Origin: Laetmonice hystrix | Taxonomy: Eukaryota | NCBI GenBank assembly: GCA_965235115.1 | Contig: OZ249436.1 | Coordinates: 13,330,001-13,394,000, forward strand | Reading direction: 5' to 3' | DNA length: 64,000 nt | Shown: positions 10,812 to 23,900 of the stretch, piece by piece | Layout of the letters: the number at the start of each line of letters is the position of its first letter | How positions within the stretch are numbered: the first letter of the stretch is position 1 | Notes under the pieces: generated by a model | What the model was told of the DNA's origin: nothing | The model's database searches: none | Seen by the model: only the letters and a program-made list of their open reading frames with translations | Translations under genes and position numbers: made by a program

Positions 10812-13800
10812 CTGCAACACCAGACGCAAGCAATCAGGGGGCAGCAGGCAACATGCGCCACCTAGGTACCAGCAAACAAACTACAGGATGACGTGCCATC
10901 TAGGGAGGAGCATAAGAACTACCGGAGGCGCCTGAGATGAGGGCGGGGAGTAGAAAACATGTGGGTGAACTGTAGACGAGCACGTGCTCATCGCTATGTA
11001 CTTGTACCGACTGTACACAGACTGACGGAGCACTTACACACGTACAGTACATGCTGCAACCTATTGTTATATAACTTACTTGCCATTGATTTTTAATAAC
11101 CTCAGCCATGACAGGTCGTAACAATACGTGAGACCAACAGACTCCCGATACCAAACACATGAAAGGTCATATCAAACAAATACAGATGTTGGCAGAATTC
11201 CGGGGAACAGTAATGCATCAGACGTTATAGTGATGGACTGAAGGTAGTTCCCATGTTGAGTCATAACCGCCAAATTTGGACAATTGTGTTTTGGGTAATT
11301 GTTTTCTGGCTTGCATGGGTGTTCACTGCTTGTTCCACATCATGCACATGCAGGACATTATCTGAATGAAGGACACTGAACATCTACGCCATGGACCGTC
11401 GGAAAATACGAAATAATCCTCTTTTCTTTTTCTTTTTTTTAAATTTCGAACTAAGTCTTGGCGGAAATGAACTATACACATGGGAAGAACCTTCTCCGGC
11501 CCGCCCTCTCCATGGAACGGGAACATTGCTGTTTCTAATGACATGTTTCCCCTGGGGAACGAGAACCACTGCCAGTCATGCCCCCACCCCTGGGATTCAT
11601 TCACATGACCTCGCTGTGTGTACCCTCTGCCCAGTGTCACCTTGCTGGCATTGTTAAGTAGCTTGGGACGCCGTCGACGCCGGTCGTGTTGTCGCTTCTT
11701 GTGGCGCTGTCTGCCAGAACACATTCAAGGCAAACGCAATTAGTAGTGTTGTGCGCCCACCTTCCATATTTTAAATTGAAATGAAATGACTCATGGTGGA
11801 AGGTGTGTCTGTGTCTGGGGGTGAACAGGAAAATGACATTCATATATTCGTGGGGTGAGGGGAAACTGACAGCCATCATCACTGAATCTGGTTTGTGAGC
11901 CTTTCCGCCTGGCTGCAAATTAAGTAAATATATTATTTCGACAAGGTAACAGTACGAATGTACCCGACTGCACCACAATAAAGATTAGCATTATAAGTGA
12001 TGCATTGAGGACGACGTTCAATTTTTAGAAAGTGCCTTGGAATATGCAGGATCAGTCATGCCTCTAAATGATTCTCATTCAAACACGAGTACAGGCATAC
12101 ATTTTAACGGAAGGACTCCCCCCCCCCCCTCAGTTTCCCCCAAAAGACTATAAAAAGGTTTATCCAGAAAACTGAGAACAACGCTTTAAACCGTAACTCG
12201 CTGCTAAATGTTAATCTCGTTCCCCTTCCCTTAGTAAAGAGTTTTCGACTAGTTAACGAAAGTGTACTGATAAAAAAAAATAAAGGAAATTTATACAATC
12301 TTCTTGTGTCATCACTCGACGATAATTTCTAGTAAAACATGTGCAGTTAATTATAAGTTCAAGAGTAAATGGTCAAAATTTAAAACATGCACGTGTAAAT
12401 AAGAAATACCTACCAAAGCATGCCATTAATCTGGGGCTTACAAATGGCAAGCGCGCTTGGAGTTTAAAGCATCTCACATAAAACCAAAACTTTCTAATCT
12501 CCATAAATGAGTGATCTTATATAACCGCAAGTTATGGCAACGGTTCATCTCATAACTATACATGTACATGTTTGTATGTCTAATTAAAACATTTATTTAA
12601 AATAACAACACGCAAAATACACCTCTCAGAACCTAAGCTTAGCGCCACTTTTTTAACGTTTTACATGCTAGAACCTGTATGCCGTTTACCGGCGAATGTA
12701 CAAAGAAAATGCCAAGAGTCTTCCTCAAATATTTACTGTTCTCATGGTATTAGAATTTTTATGGGTGATTAATTTCTAACCACTAGCCGCCATTCGATAA
12801 AATGCCGTGAGCCCGAATCGAATCTCTCCACTATTACCTAAGCTTAGCTTCCGTTTAACGTTATATCAATAAGTAGTATATGAAAATGATGGTAGAGTTT
12901 CCATGACTACAGCTATATCCTCACAACAGCCACATTAACAAGGGCACTGTCTCCCTCTATGATAGCAATTTACAACACAAAAACAAAAGTAACCACACAA
13001 AATGACTAGAAACACTCTACGATATAACCTGGCCAATAACTGCCACCAACTGAGGAAAACATACGTATCCTACACTGACAATCGGTCCATCACGAGATCA
13101 AGTCTTTACTTACACTTCAGTATTTTCCTTTCTATCCACTTGGGCACTGAGCAAAAATTAAAATATAGATAGTTGACCATATAATCAACATAACTTTAAT
13201 TACATTAATATTTGTACCAGTTCTCCCGTTCTTGTTGTATAGACTCAATACCCCGTGATACCAGACCAAGCGCGGCTGTTCTAGCCATTATCATGCAACA
13301 AACTGCAGTGCCTGTTTGTGTGACGGCTATCTGGCTGCCCAGTGCTCCTGCTTGCTTGCCCTCTGGGCAACCACCAACAGATCTACAAGAGGGACCAAGG
13401 GGATGCTTCACTAACAGTCACGGACAGTCCGACTGGTAAACGGATAGTCAGTTGTTGGAGGGTCTGTCACTCTTTGTCCGGCACCAGTCGCACTCTCCAT
13501 CACTGTTAGTAACACGACCCCCAGGACTCAAAGCGGGTGTAAAATAGCTTACCTTCAGGTCACAGATAAATTTGGAGGGCAAAACACTATCACTATAGCC
13601 AGTTGCGTGACAGTTTTGTCTGCTTTTGAATTCACAAATTTATCTTGTGCTCAAGATTGGATGTATTTTCTTAAGTAAGGAAATACAAATGTAACTCCAT
13701 TTCCAAAAATTCAATACATGTACATGTTATTTTACCACTGAAGTATCAGATATTTCACCTTTCCATTCAATGACGTCAAGACGTATTCAAGTTACGATAA

Positions 13801-14205
13801 TCCTACCAATGGAAAACGTTGTATCCTTCCTCTGTTACTACATTAGTACAATCCTTTTGAAACTTCTGTTTTTAATTAGCAGTGCTAGTTCAAAAATACT
13901 GTCCATGACACCGTTCCCAATGCACTATACCACATCAAAGTGGATATGAATACGATTAATACCCGTATATCATGCTTCTTAACTAGTCTAATGTACAATG
14001 TTCTGCGGATATACAAGATTTATACTGTACAATACATTCCGGTGAATTTCTTTGTACAAATAGCCTGATATCTTGTTAGGACTGTTTGTTTGTCTGATAA
14101 AGCTATAATTATCAGAGGGGAGTGCCTCTCTATGGGCAGGTTTAATTTTACGACACTGTGTGAGTTTGGAGCACAGAGAGTAGATTGTTTAGGTTGGTGT
14201 CCTAC

Positions 14206-14307
14206 CTGCGGCCGAAGTGTCTCCATGCACAAGAAGCGAGTAGAACCAGTACGGTAAGAAGGAGGCCGGTGACCACAGCTGACAGCAACAGGAACACGAT
14301 ACCAGGC
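14206..14307 (-). CDS. TTYH: Tweety exon 11 (TM5)
   Basis: tttgtgtcacag|GCCTGGT...GGCCGCAG|gtagga; 102 nt, phase 2 to 2; PGIVFLLLSAVVTGLLLTVLVLLASCAWRHFGR(R). Confidence 0.93.
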
Positions 14308-14540
14308 CTGTGACACAAATCAAGCATGCTTACAACATTGGAAGGTGGAGGACCTTTAATGGGAGAATATCAAGTCATTAATAACCATATTCTTTCAGTT
14401 ACAATTCAAGTAGAATCTAAGCATAATGTCAGCATTTATTCCAGGACTATGGCTGTAAGATTATGTTCGAGTTATAACCATATTTGGAGGTTTGAGATGA
14501 AGGGACTGAAGGGTGATGGTTTATGTCCTCAAAGTCTTAC

Positions 14541-14680
14541 AATGCCATGTAGCATGCTCCATCCACCGCCTGGCCGTAGTCTTTGTGCAGGTTTGTGCAC
14601 TCAACCAGGGCCGTCAATTGCTGCAGGTTGGCCACGGTTGAGTCGAGCGCAGAAGAGACTCCAGCAATCAACCGTAACAT
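14541..14680 (-). CDS. TTYH: Tweety exon 10 (L..L..C..LHKDY...V.G.C)
   Basis: atatctggacag|ATGTTACGG...GGCATT|gtaaga; 140 nt, phase 0 to 2; MLRLIAGVSSALDSTVANLQQLTALVECTNLHKDYGQAVDGACYMA(L). Confidence 0.95.
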
Positions 14681-15202
14681 CTGTCCAGATATACAACTCA
14701 TATAAACCAACCCAGTCATAATGTCCTCGTAATTCATACTTAAATTTACCAAATTTCTATTTACTGCCATTTCATCAGTATCTTTAACTCAACGATATTC
14801 TTACATTCAGTTTACTCTACTCTACTAATACTATTCACAGTAAAAGTCACGAGATGTCTGGGATTACATGTTTCTAACTGGATTAACTTAATGCTGGAGT
14901 TCCACACAAGGTGTGAAAAAAATAGGATATGGGTTAGGTGAAAATAACCAAGACATACTAACCCAACTGCAGAAAACAATCCGCAAACGGATGGCCAACC
15001 CAAACACTACAGTGTCTAAAAATCTCATGTTAAACATTTCACGCAGAGCCACCTGGCGGCTTTTGGAAACGTTATCCCAAATCGCTGGTATCGCCCTCTG
15101 GTGTTATTGGCCAAGGGAGCATGGGTGTTGGTTTCGTGTGGGAACTCCGCGTTAGATGGGAAGTAAAGCAAGCGGGGGTTGGGGATGACTCACATGACTT
15201 AC

Positions 15203-15295
15203 ATCTTGCTGTTGGTCAATGTTGGCCGCTTGCCGTCCGGCCTTGTTGAGCGTGTTGTTGGCGGACGTGACGCTGTCCGACGCTGCCTTCAGTGA
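15203..15295 (-). CDS. TTYH: Tweety exon 9
   Basis: gtgcatcatcag|TCACTG...CAAGAT|gtaagt; 93 nt, phase 0 to 0; SLKAASDSVTSANNTLNKAGRQAANIDQQQD. Confidence 0.92.
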
Positions 15296-15816
15296 CTGAT
15301 GATGCACACACAAAACACACGTTTATATCATCTCACACCAAGCACGCACACCCTCATGCCACCCAGCTTCTCTATACACATGCTCGACAATAGTTCACAC
15401 TTCATGGGTGTCGCAAAGACCGTCCTTCAGGGACTGCCTTCTTTGGCTGACGTTGACACATTTCAACTAACAATACATTTTAACAATATAAAGCTCTCCC
15501 TGTTTGAGAAAATAATATCCATCAAAAGGCAAATATAATAAAGCGGCATTTTCAGGTATCAAAGAGAAACATTCATGTTTCTGTTCCATGTCTGTGTTCT
15601 GCAATGTTGCGATCTACCATGTTTGTTTTGTTTTTTTTCACAATGCTACGCCATTATATTTGTAACGATGTTTGCATGCAAATTACAAAACGGTTTAATG
15701 ACGTGTTTTAGTGCCTCTGATTGACTACATCTCAGAGACACTGTCCTTTAATGCGGCTGAAAATAAGCCAGGATCTATTGGACTGAGTACGAGGTACAAC
15801 ACATAAAGAGACTTAC

Positions 15817-15872
15817 TTGGCCGAAGGGATTCGTCACTTCTTTATTGCACTTGATGTAGTAACGGACAATGT
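15817..15872 (-). CDS. TTYH: Tweety exon 8 (YY..C...NPF.Q)
   Basis: attatttttgcag|ACATTGTC...CGGCCAA|gtaagt; 56 nt, phase 1 to 0; IVRYYIKCNKEVTNPFGQ. Confidence 0.95.
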
Positions 15873-16208
15873 CTGCAAAAATAATATATTCCACGTTTTT
15901 TGAGAACTAAAAGAGAAGACACTATAATTATAACAATCCCCGGTTCTCTGGGACCTTTATCATAGGTCTATTTATGCTCCTTTTTAAATCTTTTTAAATT
16001 TAAATTTCTCAACGAAATTATTTTTTAATATCCGGTTGTCAAGTATGGAATGAAATATATAGTACCGGTACTTCCATACCACAAGGATTCCAAGCAATGG
16101 CTGCTTAGAAACTCCATCTGTGTTTAATACCAATCCTATTTATTGAATTCTCAGTGTAACACATTCCTCACATCAACACATCAAAAAATTACTGAAATGA
16201 TCACTCAC

Positions 16209-16278
16209 CTCTGTCCATTCTCTCATAGCCGACCTTCTCAAAATACTGGTCAGGGGCAACACAGAAATCGCCGAGACC
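16209..16278 (-). CDS. TTYH: Tweety exon 7 (DFC..PD motif)
   Basis: gttgctttcag|GGTCTCGGCGATTTC...GACAGAG|gtgagt; 70 nt, phase 0 to 1; GLGDFCVAPDQYFEKVGYERMDR(D). Confidence 0.95.
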
Positions 16279-16702
16279 CTGAAAGCAACAGACTTAAATT
16301 TAGCCCTAATTCTCATTGACAAGCAGGTTGAGTTGTTTTGCCAATAGATCTTTAATGGCACGTACACTTAAGAACTACACCACAGGAACTACTATTTACG
16401 AGACCATATCTTGTATTTTTCGTCTTTCTATTTCATTATGAATATAGAATGGGCTAGGTTCTTGCCCTGGAATTACCCCTACAATCCCCACATGCATAAC
16501 ATAGTGTTAATCGTTTTTATATATAGGGCCTATATATATTTTGTTGGGGGGGGGGGGGGGGTTAAAGAATGTATTTACCACTTTCGCATTTTATCAAAAT
16601 TATATGTTATATGAATCATATAGATTAACAGGACCTTTGTGAAAAAGAACATTTACTCTGTTGGTTGGGGAGTTCATGGTCATTATGCAAATTGAGACTT
16701 AC

Positions 16703-16775
16703 TACACTTGCTCCTAGATGTAGGCCAGCAGCCACCCAGCACAGCACTAGTGTGAAGATGCCAAAGGCACAAAAC
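16703..16775 (-). CDS. TTYH: Tweety exon 6 (TM4)
   Basis: aatattacag|GTTTTGT...AAGTGTA|gtaagt; 73 nt, phase 2 to 0; FCAFGIFTLVLCWVAAGLHLGASV. Confidence 0.93.
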
Positions 16776-17311
16776 CTGTAATATTTAAACAGAATCCCAT
16801 CACCAAAGATTATCGAATTAACAATTAGACACGTTCTCTGTGGAAAACGGCAACATTTGAAAGCTGCTTCCCATTTTTAGATTATCTTTCAAATCTTGGT
16901 ATTATCTCATCGGTGATTAGTACAATGTATTCATTAATATAATTCAAACATCGCCATAGAACTTTGCATTCACCATTACAATTATAGCTATACATGTATC
17001 TTGTAATACTAATTTAATGGAAGTCTCCAATCGTCTTGTTATAATTACGTTGCCACTGCATAATTACCACTACATAGTGCCTTGGCCTACTTCCCAGCAA
17101 GGCCTTCCAGAAGGGTTTCAGTTAACTGTACAGGATTGAGGTGAGGCTGCCATCAGGCCCCAGCTTGATGCTACTCTCACCCTCAAGGTACCGGTAATAA
17201 GCTCATCTTATGAAGTCGAAGCAATATTTAACATCTACTAAAATACATTTAGCATATTGCAGTTGGAACCAGGAATATTAGGAAACAGAACGAATAATGT
17301 AGAGTACTGAC

Positions 17312-17407
17312 ACAAGTAGTGTGCACTTGGATGTCCGTCCAATGCCAAACAGCAGCAGCAGGCATAGGAGGACCTCCCAGCACAGGAGGATGATTGTGCC
17401 AAGCCAC
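17312..17407 (-). CDS. TTYH: Tweety exon 5 (TM3)
   Basis: ttttgtccag|GTGGCTT...CTACTTGT|gtcagt; 96 nt, phase 2 to 2; WLGTIILLCWEVLLCLLLLFGIGRTSKCTLL(V). Confidence 0.93.
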
Positions 17408-17958
17408 CTGGACAAAACAACAACAAAACCACAACATCTGAATATCAACGGCGCAGTTTGTGCCACCTGGTACTTTCTGTGGTCTCCGCTCATAGAATGT
17501 TTACATGACATTTCCTATCTTCTCACATTACAATACAAACAACCTCATACATTTTCTTGTATCCTTTAGTTTGGGATTGCTGTGTGTAACGACCATTTGT
17601 CAATTAATTAACTGACCAATCCATTTCCTCCAGATTAAACATGACATATTGTGAGAAATCTGTGTTTTGTTCCCTCCTCGAACAGCCTGCCAGACTCGAG
17701 CTCTCTGATCAATATTAGTTATCACACGCTGACTACCTTAAACAACTTTTCCTCTGCCACATATTTCAAACATTATAAGAGGAAGTGGCTTCAGGCCGCA
17801 CTATGACCACATGGTATATCAATTATTATCAAATACATGAATGAATTTGTAACATGCCTATTTCAAAAACTGTTTCCCCATACAAAACATCTATCTGAAT
17901 CAAACACAGGCCATGTTCAAGCAGACATAGAATTGGTGGCCTCCTGTGCCTGGCCTAC

Positions 17959-18200
17959 CTCCATTTGCCCCAGTGACGCGTGTTGTAGACGGCGTGGGAC
18001 AGGTCGACCTTCTCTGCCTTGGCATTGATGAGACGCACATTTGTCAGGATGTTCATGGTTTGGTCGCGGGCCTGACTTGTCATGCGAGACAGCTCCTGCT
18101 TCATGGTCCGATTGAGGTGTTGGTGCTTCCTGAAGAACTTCTTCAGTTCGTCCAGACGAAGAGCGATTGTATCATTGATGTTCTTCTGAAGCTCATTCAC
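17959..18200 (-). CDS. TTYH: Tweety exon 4 (extracellular helices)
   Basis: ttttgttgactttag|GTGAAT...AAATGGAG|gtaggc; 242 nt, phase 0 to 2; VNELQKNINDTIALRLDELKKFFRKHQHLNRTMKQELSRMTSQARDQTMNILTNVRLINAKAEKVDLSHAVYNTRHWGKW(R). Confidence 0.93.
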
Positions 18201-19911
18201 CTAAAGTCAACAAAAGATAAGCAATACTTTTGTTAGATCTCAGACAGTCTTAGTATTAGCCTTTGCTAGGCTTGGGGATCAAGTCAAGGAAGTAATACCA
18301 ACAGTAGGGCCTACTCTCTGAGCCAGCAATCTACAATTATGTGGCATCCATTGTGTTAATTCAATTCCAGTTTCTTTTCATATGATATAGTAATAGTACC
18401 TTTTTGGCATGATACACACAGACACCTATAGATGTCACTCAATCTCCTACAGACAGAGACTTAGAGTTAGATGTAATTCAATCTCTGCATATTCTCTTAC
18501 TTGACAATTTATTGTCAGCCAAGGAAAATCCATTTATTAATGATTATGCAATATTCATCGTAGTCAATGCTCGCCAATGATCGTTTTTTATTATAAGAAT
18601 TACTGATGACAAACGTGTCTAAGACAGTCATATAAGTGGACCAGGCAGTAAACCGCCACCTCCCGGCCAAACCTGAAGGTACGCACTTCATGTACCCGTA
18701 TAGGAAAACACTGGATTCCCATAACGTGACCCTTTCCCACTAGAGGGCACCACAACAAGTTAAGCGTGCCATTCAGCGCCTCAGCAGCAGCTAATTGACA
18801 CTAATTGTTTAACCCTGGCTATCCCGAGGCAAGCGATGTTTAATGAAACGATTGCTCAATAATACTCGTCAAAAAACCATACAATAGATAGTTTCCTTCC
18901 TATTGTGATTACTTCGCACCGAAAATCCCCAATTAACTCCATGTCTGTAAATTAGAGCACATCTTCATTGATGCAGCTTGAATTCCCATCCCTTACATCC
19001 TAGAGCGTGCACGCAGAGAAGTAATTACCGTATGCGTCAGGACACGGACGGCTATAATGGATACATATCTAACCAGTACACTAGACCGACTGGGGCTGCA
19101 ATTAGAGACTTGTCATGCCAAGCCCGGATTTGAAGCCAAAGCTGGGGCCCTTTACTTGCATCACGTTAACACTGAGTGTCAAGCGTGAACCGTTGTGTGA
19201 CCCAGAATAAAGCCGAGAGCTGAGGCCGATCAAAGTGGGGCAGCCTGGAGGTATCTTACACACTTCATAGCAGTCATTGTACACCTGATCACACGTCCGA
19301 TTACATCAGGCGACGGCGGCAACGGCGAATTACTACAGTCGGCCTCCGAAACTGCAGGTGGCCGTATATTTAGGGCTGAGACTGGAGATGTCGATCTGTG
19401 GGGGGCCAAGCCGGTCAGTGAGAAGGCCAACAGTAGTGGTTGGGCCACTGGGTCAGCGAGTCATTATAATCTGCCACGCCCCCCGGCCATGTTCTCTGAC
19501 CGGTCCATAACACAAGACAGTATCCTGGACAAACCAAGGGCCAACCAAAGGACCCTTTGGTCTCGTCGAGAATCCCATCTTCTTCTATCCCACATGGAGA
19601 AAATATAAATAGGGCTAGAGAAAATAAAATAAGTGTTCATTTAGGAAATTGAAAACGGAAATAATTTTAATAACGATTTCTTTGGTTTGGCGAAATGTCT
19701 CCTGTTCAACATCCTTACTGACTCCGTTTTAAATGTTTCTCTGTTTAATCCGCCCTCCTTTCGTTGATCCTGTCTGTTCGGTTCGAGTCAGAAAGAGCTG
19801 TGATACTCCGGGGTGGAAACAGCAGTCCGGTGAGTGGTGTGTTTAAACAGCTTCAGTCAGACAGCTCTTTCATCTACCTACACGTTTCTTCCGTACACAG
19901 GCGCTTAACAA

Positions 19912-19932
19912 CCCCCCCCCCCCCCCCCCCCC
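19912..19932. repeat. Poly-C tract (21 nt), representative of recurrent C/G homopolymers
   Basis: Similar C/G runs of about 8-16 nt occur near 2071, 12117, 16546, 23823, 24631, 25725, 27467, 27808, 38294, 46066, 48317, 50609, 55499 and 62607. Confidence 0.9.
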
Positions 19933-20238
19933 ACATCCACATGACTGGGTAAAAACCTTTGCATTCAGACTCGGCTTAGATAGGCCTATCGGATTCATTT
20001 TACTACTGTCGCTTTTCACGGCACTAAACATACAGAACAGGGAATCCACAAGAATCCTCTTCCTTCTTTATTTGAATTATTCGAATGGACCTAATCCAAC
20101 ATACAAATCGTTGGAGGAATCCATGGCTTTCTACAATATCATGCCAAAACATTTCAAGAACGAGTTTAAAAAACCGCTGTCGTTGCCAACAAAGGTTTGC
20201 GTAAGCCTTGGGCAAAAATACATTTTGTTGATGAAGTA

Positions 20239-20316
20239 GGTAATATCAAAGGCTAAGCCGATACTTGACTGGTGACTGGTAATATCAAAGGCTAAGCCGA
20301 CACTTGACTGGTGACC
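20239..20316. repeat. 39-bp tandem duplication
   Basis: ggtaatatcaaaggctaagccga(t/c)acttgactggtgac(t/c), two copies. Confidence 0.95.
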
Positions 20317-20451
20317 TAACATTTGAGGGAGGGTTATCTTAATGGTAACCATCCAATTGATCTCAGTATGCAGTCGGTGGGAACAATGGGTGGCCGTGGT
20401 CGGGTCCTAATAAAGTGCCGACACTTAGGTGATTGGTCGGGTCCAGCGGCA

Positions 20452-20549
20452 GGGATGGAGGGGGGAGGGGGAGGGGAGGGGGAAGGGGGGGGGGGAGGTA
20501 GGGAGGGGGAGGGGAGGAAGGGAGGTAAGGGCGGAGACTGAGGGGAGGG
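20452..20549 (+). repeat. Polypurine G-rich low-complexity tract
   Basis: Nearly pure G/A runs (gggggaggggaggggagggggaaggggggggggggagg...). Confidence 0.85.
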
Positions 20550-20848
20550 CCGCCGGTAGCATACGATCCTGATGAGGCGGGCCCCGGTTATTCCGTATTA
20601 TAGAGACAGCCGGTCTTATCAACAAGTTAACTCCACGCCTCTCTCTATCACACGACCTTCATTGTCTCCTCACATAGATACTGGAACTTGAGCTGCTGTC
20701 GACAACAAGTTGTGACCTTTGTTAAGCGATATGATTCAATAACGGAATCAGAACTCGGAAAGAAAACTCTGAATGAAGATAACAGAAAATCAAAATGTCG
20801 GCTAGAAATAATGAAATATCTCACGGATTCCTCTCCATAATACATGAG

Positions 20849-20938
20849 CATAGGCGCCAGAAGCGGGGAGGGGGGGGGCAACCGCCCCCTCAATAATCTT
20901 GTTGGGGGGGGGGGGCATCGCCCCCCTCCAATAATCTG
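20849..20938. repeat. Short poly-G-containing interspersed element (MITE-like)
   Basis: cataggcgccagaagc followed by two (G)n-gca..cgcc(C)n-tc(c)aataatc modules; family assignment is inference. Confidence 0.35.
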
Positions 20939-23900
20939 TGATCATGAATAAAAAAAGGCAGGTTTTTCCACATACAGTAGGCCTGTTGAAACCATGACTT
21001 GGGTGCGTCAAAGACTGGGTCGATTGTCCTAATGATACATTGTAATTTATACATTCACGCCTTCAAAACATAAAACCTGAGGTGTACGACTTAAGTACAG
21101 AGGTTGGTGAAGACTGATGCTCCGTAAATTGAAGGCTTATCAACTCAAAGTGGCAAGTCGGGAGTATGTGATGGCCATTGGTTGCATGTCGTATGTACGA
21201 ACAGAACTTGAATCGCCAATCCCCAGTGTGGTCAGCAATCTATCAAACATGGTCTGGGCGTTCTGGATTCTATCTTGTATGCACCAAATGATCCCACGGT
21301 TCCTAGTGGTAACGAGGGCCATATTGATCTGGGGAAATCTACCCCTCCCTGTCCACCACGTGGTCAGACCTCTCCCAGCTACTGACCCAGCCAGGGTACT
21401 CGAGTATCAGCATTCTCAGGACGGTAATTAAATTACTCATTGGAACGGTTTTCATAAAGAAATAACGACCGTTGTTTCGTTCCGATTATCATTGAGTTAC
21501 AAGTTAAAACAGTAAGCCAATGATTTACCGGCACGATATAAGATCCCTGGTTGAAATGTCTCGGGATGCCTGCTGGGGGGTTAGGCAGCTTGGGGGAAAC
21601 ACTTTATTGCCTGGCTATCAATCTTCCTCCTTTTATTGTTCCATTGATTATTCAAGTCTAGATTTTCCTAGTGCTGCATTACCATGGCAACCCCCTTAAA
21701 ACTAGAGAGTGGTCACGTGGGATGACAACTTGGGCCATGGGAAGACAATATGGGGAATATTTGCCCTAGATTTATGGGTTAATAACCCTCCCGTCTACCC
21801 CTCCCTGCTGCCCTCAATCCAGTTCTGCATAATGAGCCCCAGGTCGGGGCAGGCCTTCGGGTGGCTTCACGGGTTGACTGTCAAGGTTCAACGGTTCCAT
21901 TCGGGCTGGCCTGAATCAGGCAACATCTGTGGCGAGCCCACCTCATTCGGGCTACAGCTGACCCGGGGGTGAGGGTAAACACCCCAACCCCAGTGCTTGT
22001 TATAGATCACCGCTGGCTCCCGGACAACGCCTGATTAGGGTCGCAAGGCGCGGCACCCACATTGCCGTGAGAATGTCTCACGACAATGGTAAACCCATTA
22101 CCTGTCCCCGAGTTCCTATCTCCTTCGTTATTAAGGCACCGCTATGGGATGACCTTTATGAAAGGTGAAGGACGTAAGGTAAGACGAAAACGAGCCGATT
22201 TTCTGCCTCCCCGCCGAGTTTATGTATTATCAATAACGATGATTGTTCATATTTTGGCCTAGCTGTGGGTGAGACGCGGATCCATTGTCTGTTGATTATC
22301 TGTGGCGCCGTGGAGAGCTTTACGTCAGTGTGTTACAAGACGCTAGGGAGATGACAGCGCAGATAGTGCTGTCTGGCCAGTGCCACCGACTCCGTCACTA
22401 ATGAGTTTCCCTGTGTATCAATGTCCTCAAGCCTGTAAGGTACCTACAGCCTCGAGTCTGTGAAACCCGTCGTATGATCTACCTCCCGCTGCCACCGCCG
22501 GTCCGACTACTCTTTATCTAATCCCATACCCATAGTCCGGACATGACCTGATACGGATCACAAGCTAGCCACACAGACAATCCAAACATATCTGATCCTG
22601 TATCGGTGTATGTGCTCAAAACCAGCACAGTCTTTTATCTCCAATACAATCTGTCTGAAAAGTTCATGGACACGTCATGACGTCATGCCTAAATTAAGAC
22701 ATGTATGATAAAGTATTTTAAACGTGCAGAGAGGTCAATAACACTAGTGGATTTCTCCCATCTTGTGTGACTGACTATGCATGTTGGACGGTGATCGTTG
22801 CCTGAACAAGTAGCTAAACGACCCTCTGGTGATATTTACAAACAGACGACTCCACACTTGACCCAGACTCAGTCCTGGGGAAGTAATTACCCGCCTATCT
22901 ACAGGCAATCATGGTAGAATCTGCCTTGATGAGATCTCTCAATAATTAGGCAGCTTTCGAGCTGGTACCCTGGCGCTACAGACAGGACCCATGGAGAAAC
23001 ATCATTATCATACTGGCATCATTATCATACTAATGACCAGTCTATCACGTCACATGGCAAACAAACTAATATGCAGATTATTCCATGAGCATCATGATAC
23101 GTGGCTTTCATAAACATTTCCATATTTGCAGAATGTTATCTCTATTTGATAAAAACAGCGAATCCCTTTCTTTTCTCATCTGCAGCCGATCTAATGATTT
23201 ATCCTTTCCTGTTTAAGTTGGTAACCCTCATGAACATCCATAAGTATGCTCAGGAAAATACTTTACCGGTAATAGACAACTCACTGTCGGATAAAAAAAA
23301 GAGGAATTCCAAAGGCATCAGGCAATCCCGTTAGAAATCCCTCAGCAGACATACACCTGCAAGTGGCGACCTGCTAAATGAAGCCAATTTAGCTTGGTGA
23401 GGCTAGCATCAATTCCCGAGGGCCTCTCTCTCTATAACCCTGCTCCGCTGTCCGGCGGCGGTCAGGTTCATACCAACATGGAGACCGAGGTGTTGGAGAC
23501 CATCAGTTTCCTACATCACGTAGAAAAAACAAGCAGAATCTTAGCCACTGTGAATATATCAATGTCTTGTTTTTTTACCCACTATAGTTTAGGATTGCAA
23601 CGGATATTGTCCATAGACAGGGAATGTGATCATCGAGACAAGGAACGTGATCTGTCATAAGGCATACATTAAAACACGGGGTATAAAACCTACTATGTCG
23701 CCCAGGGATGATGACTTGGGGGGACGAACTTTATGCCTCACATTGGCATCTTCCATTGCCCATCGTTAGGAACTTCTATCATCAGAATTACTGAACTCGC
23801 AATCCTTTATACATTAATGAGCCCCCCCCCCCCCATGAGACTTTATACCGAGACATAGAACCCCAAACAAACTGTTTGGCGAGCTCCATCAGAGGTTGCA

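Noticed and set aside
20569-20600. CTGATGAG, possible hammerhead ribozyme core
   Set aside because: No GAAA after a closing stem II and no stems I/III
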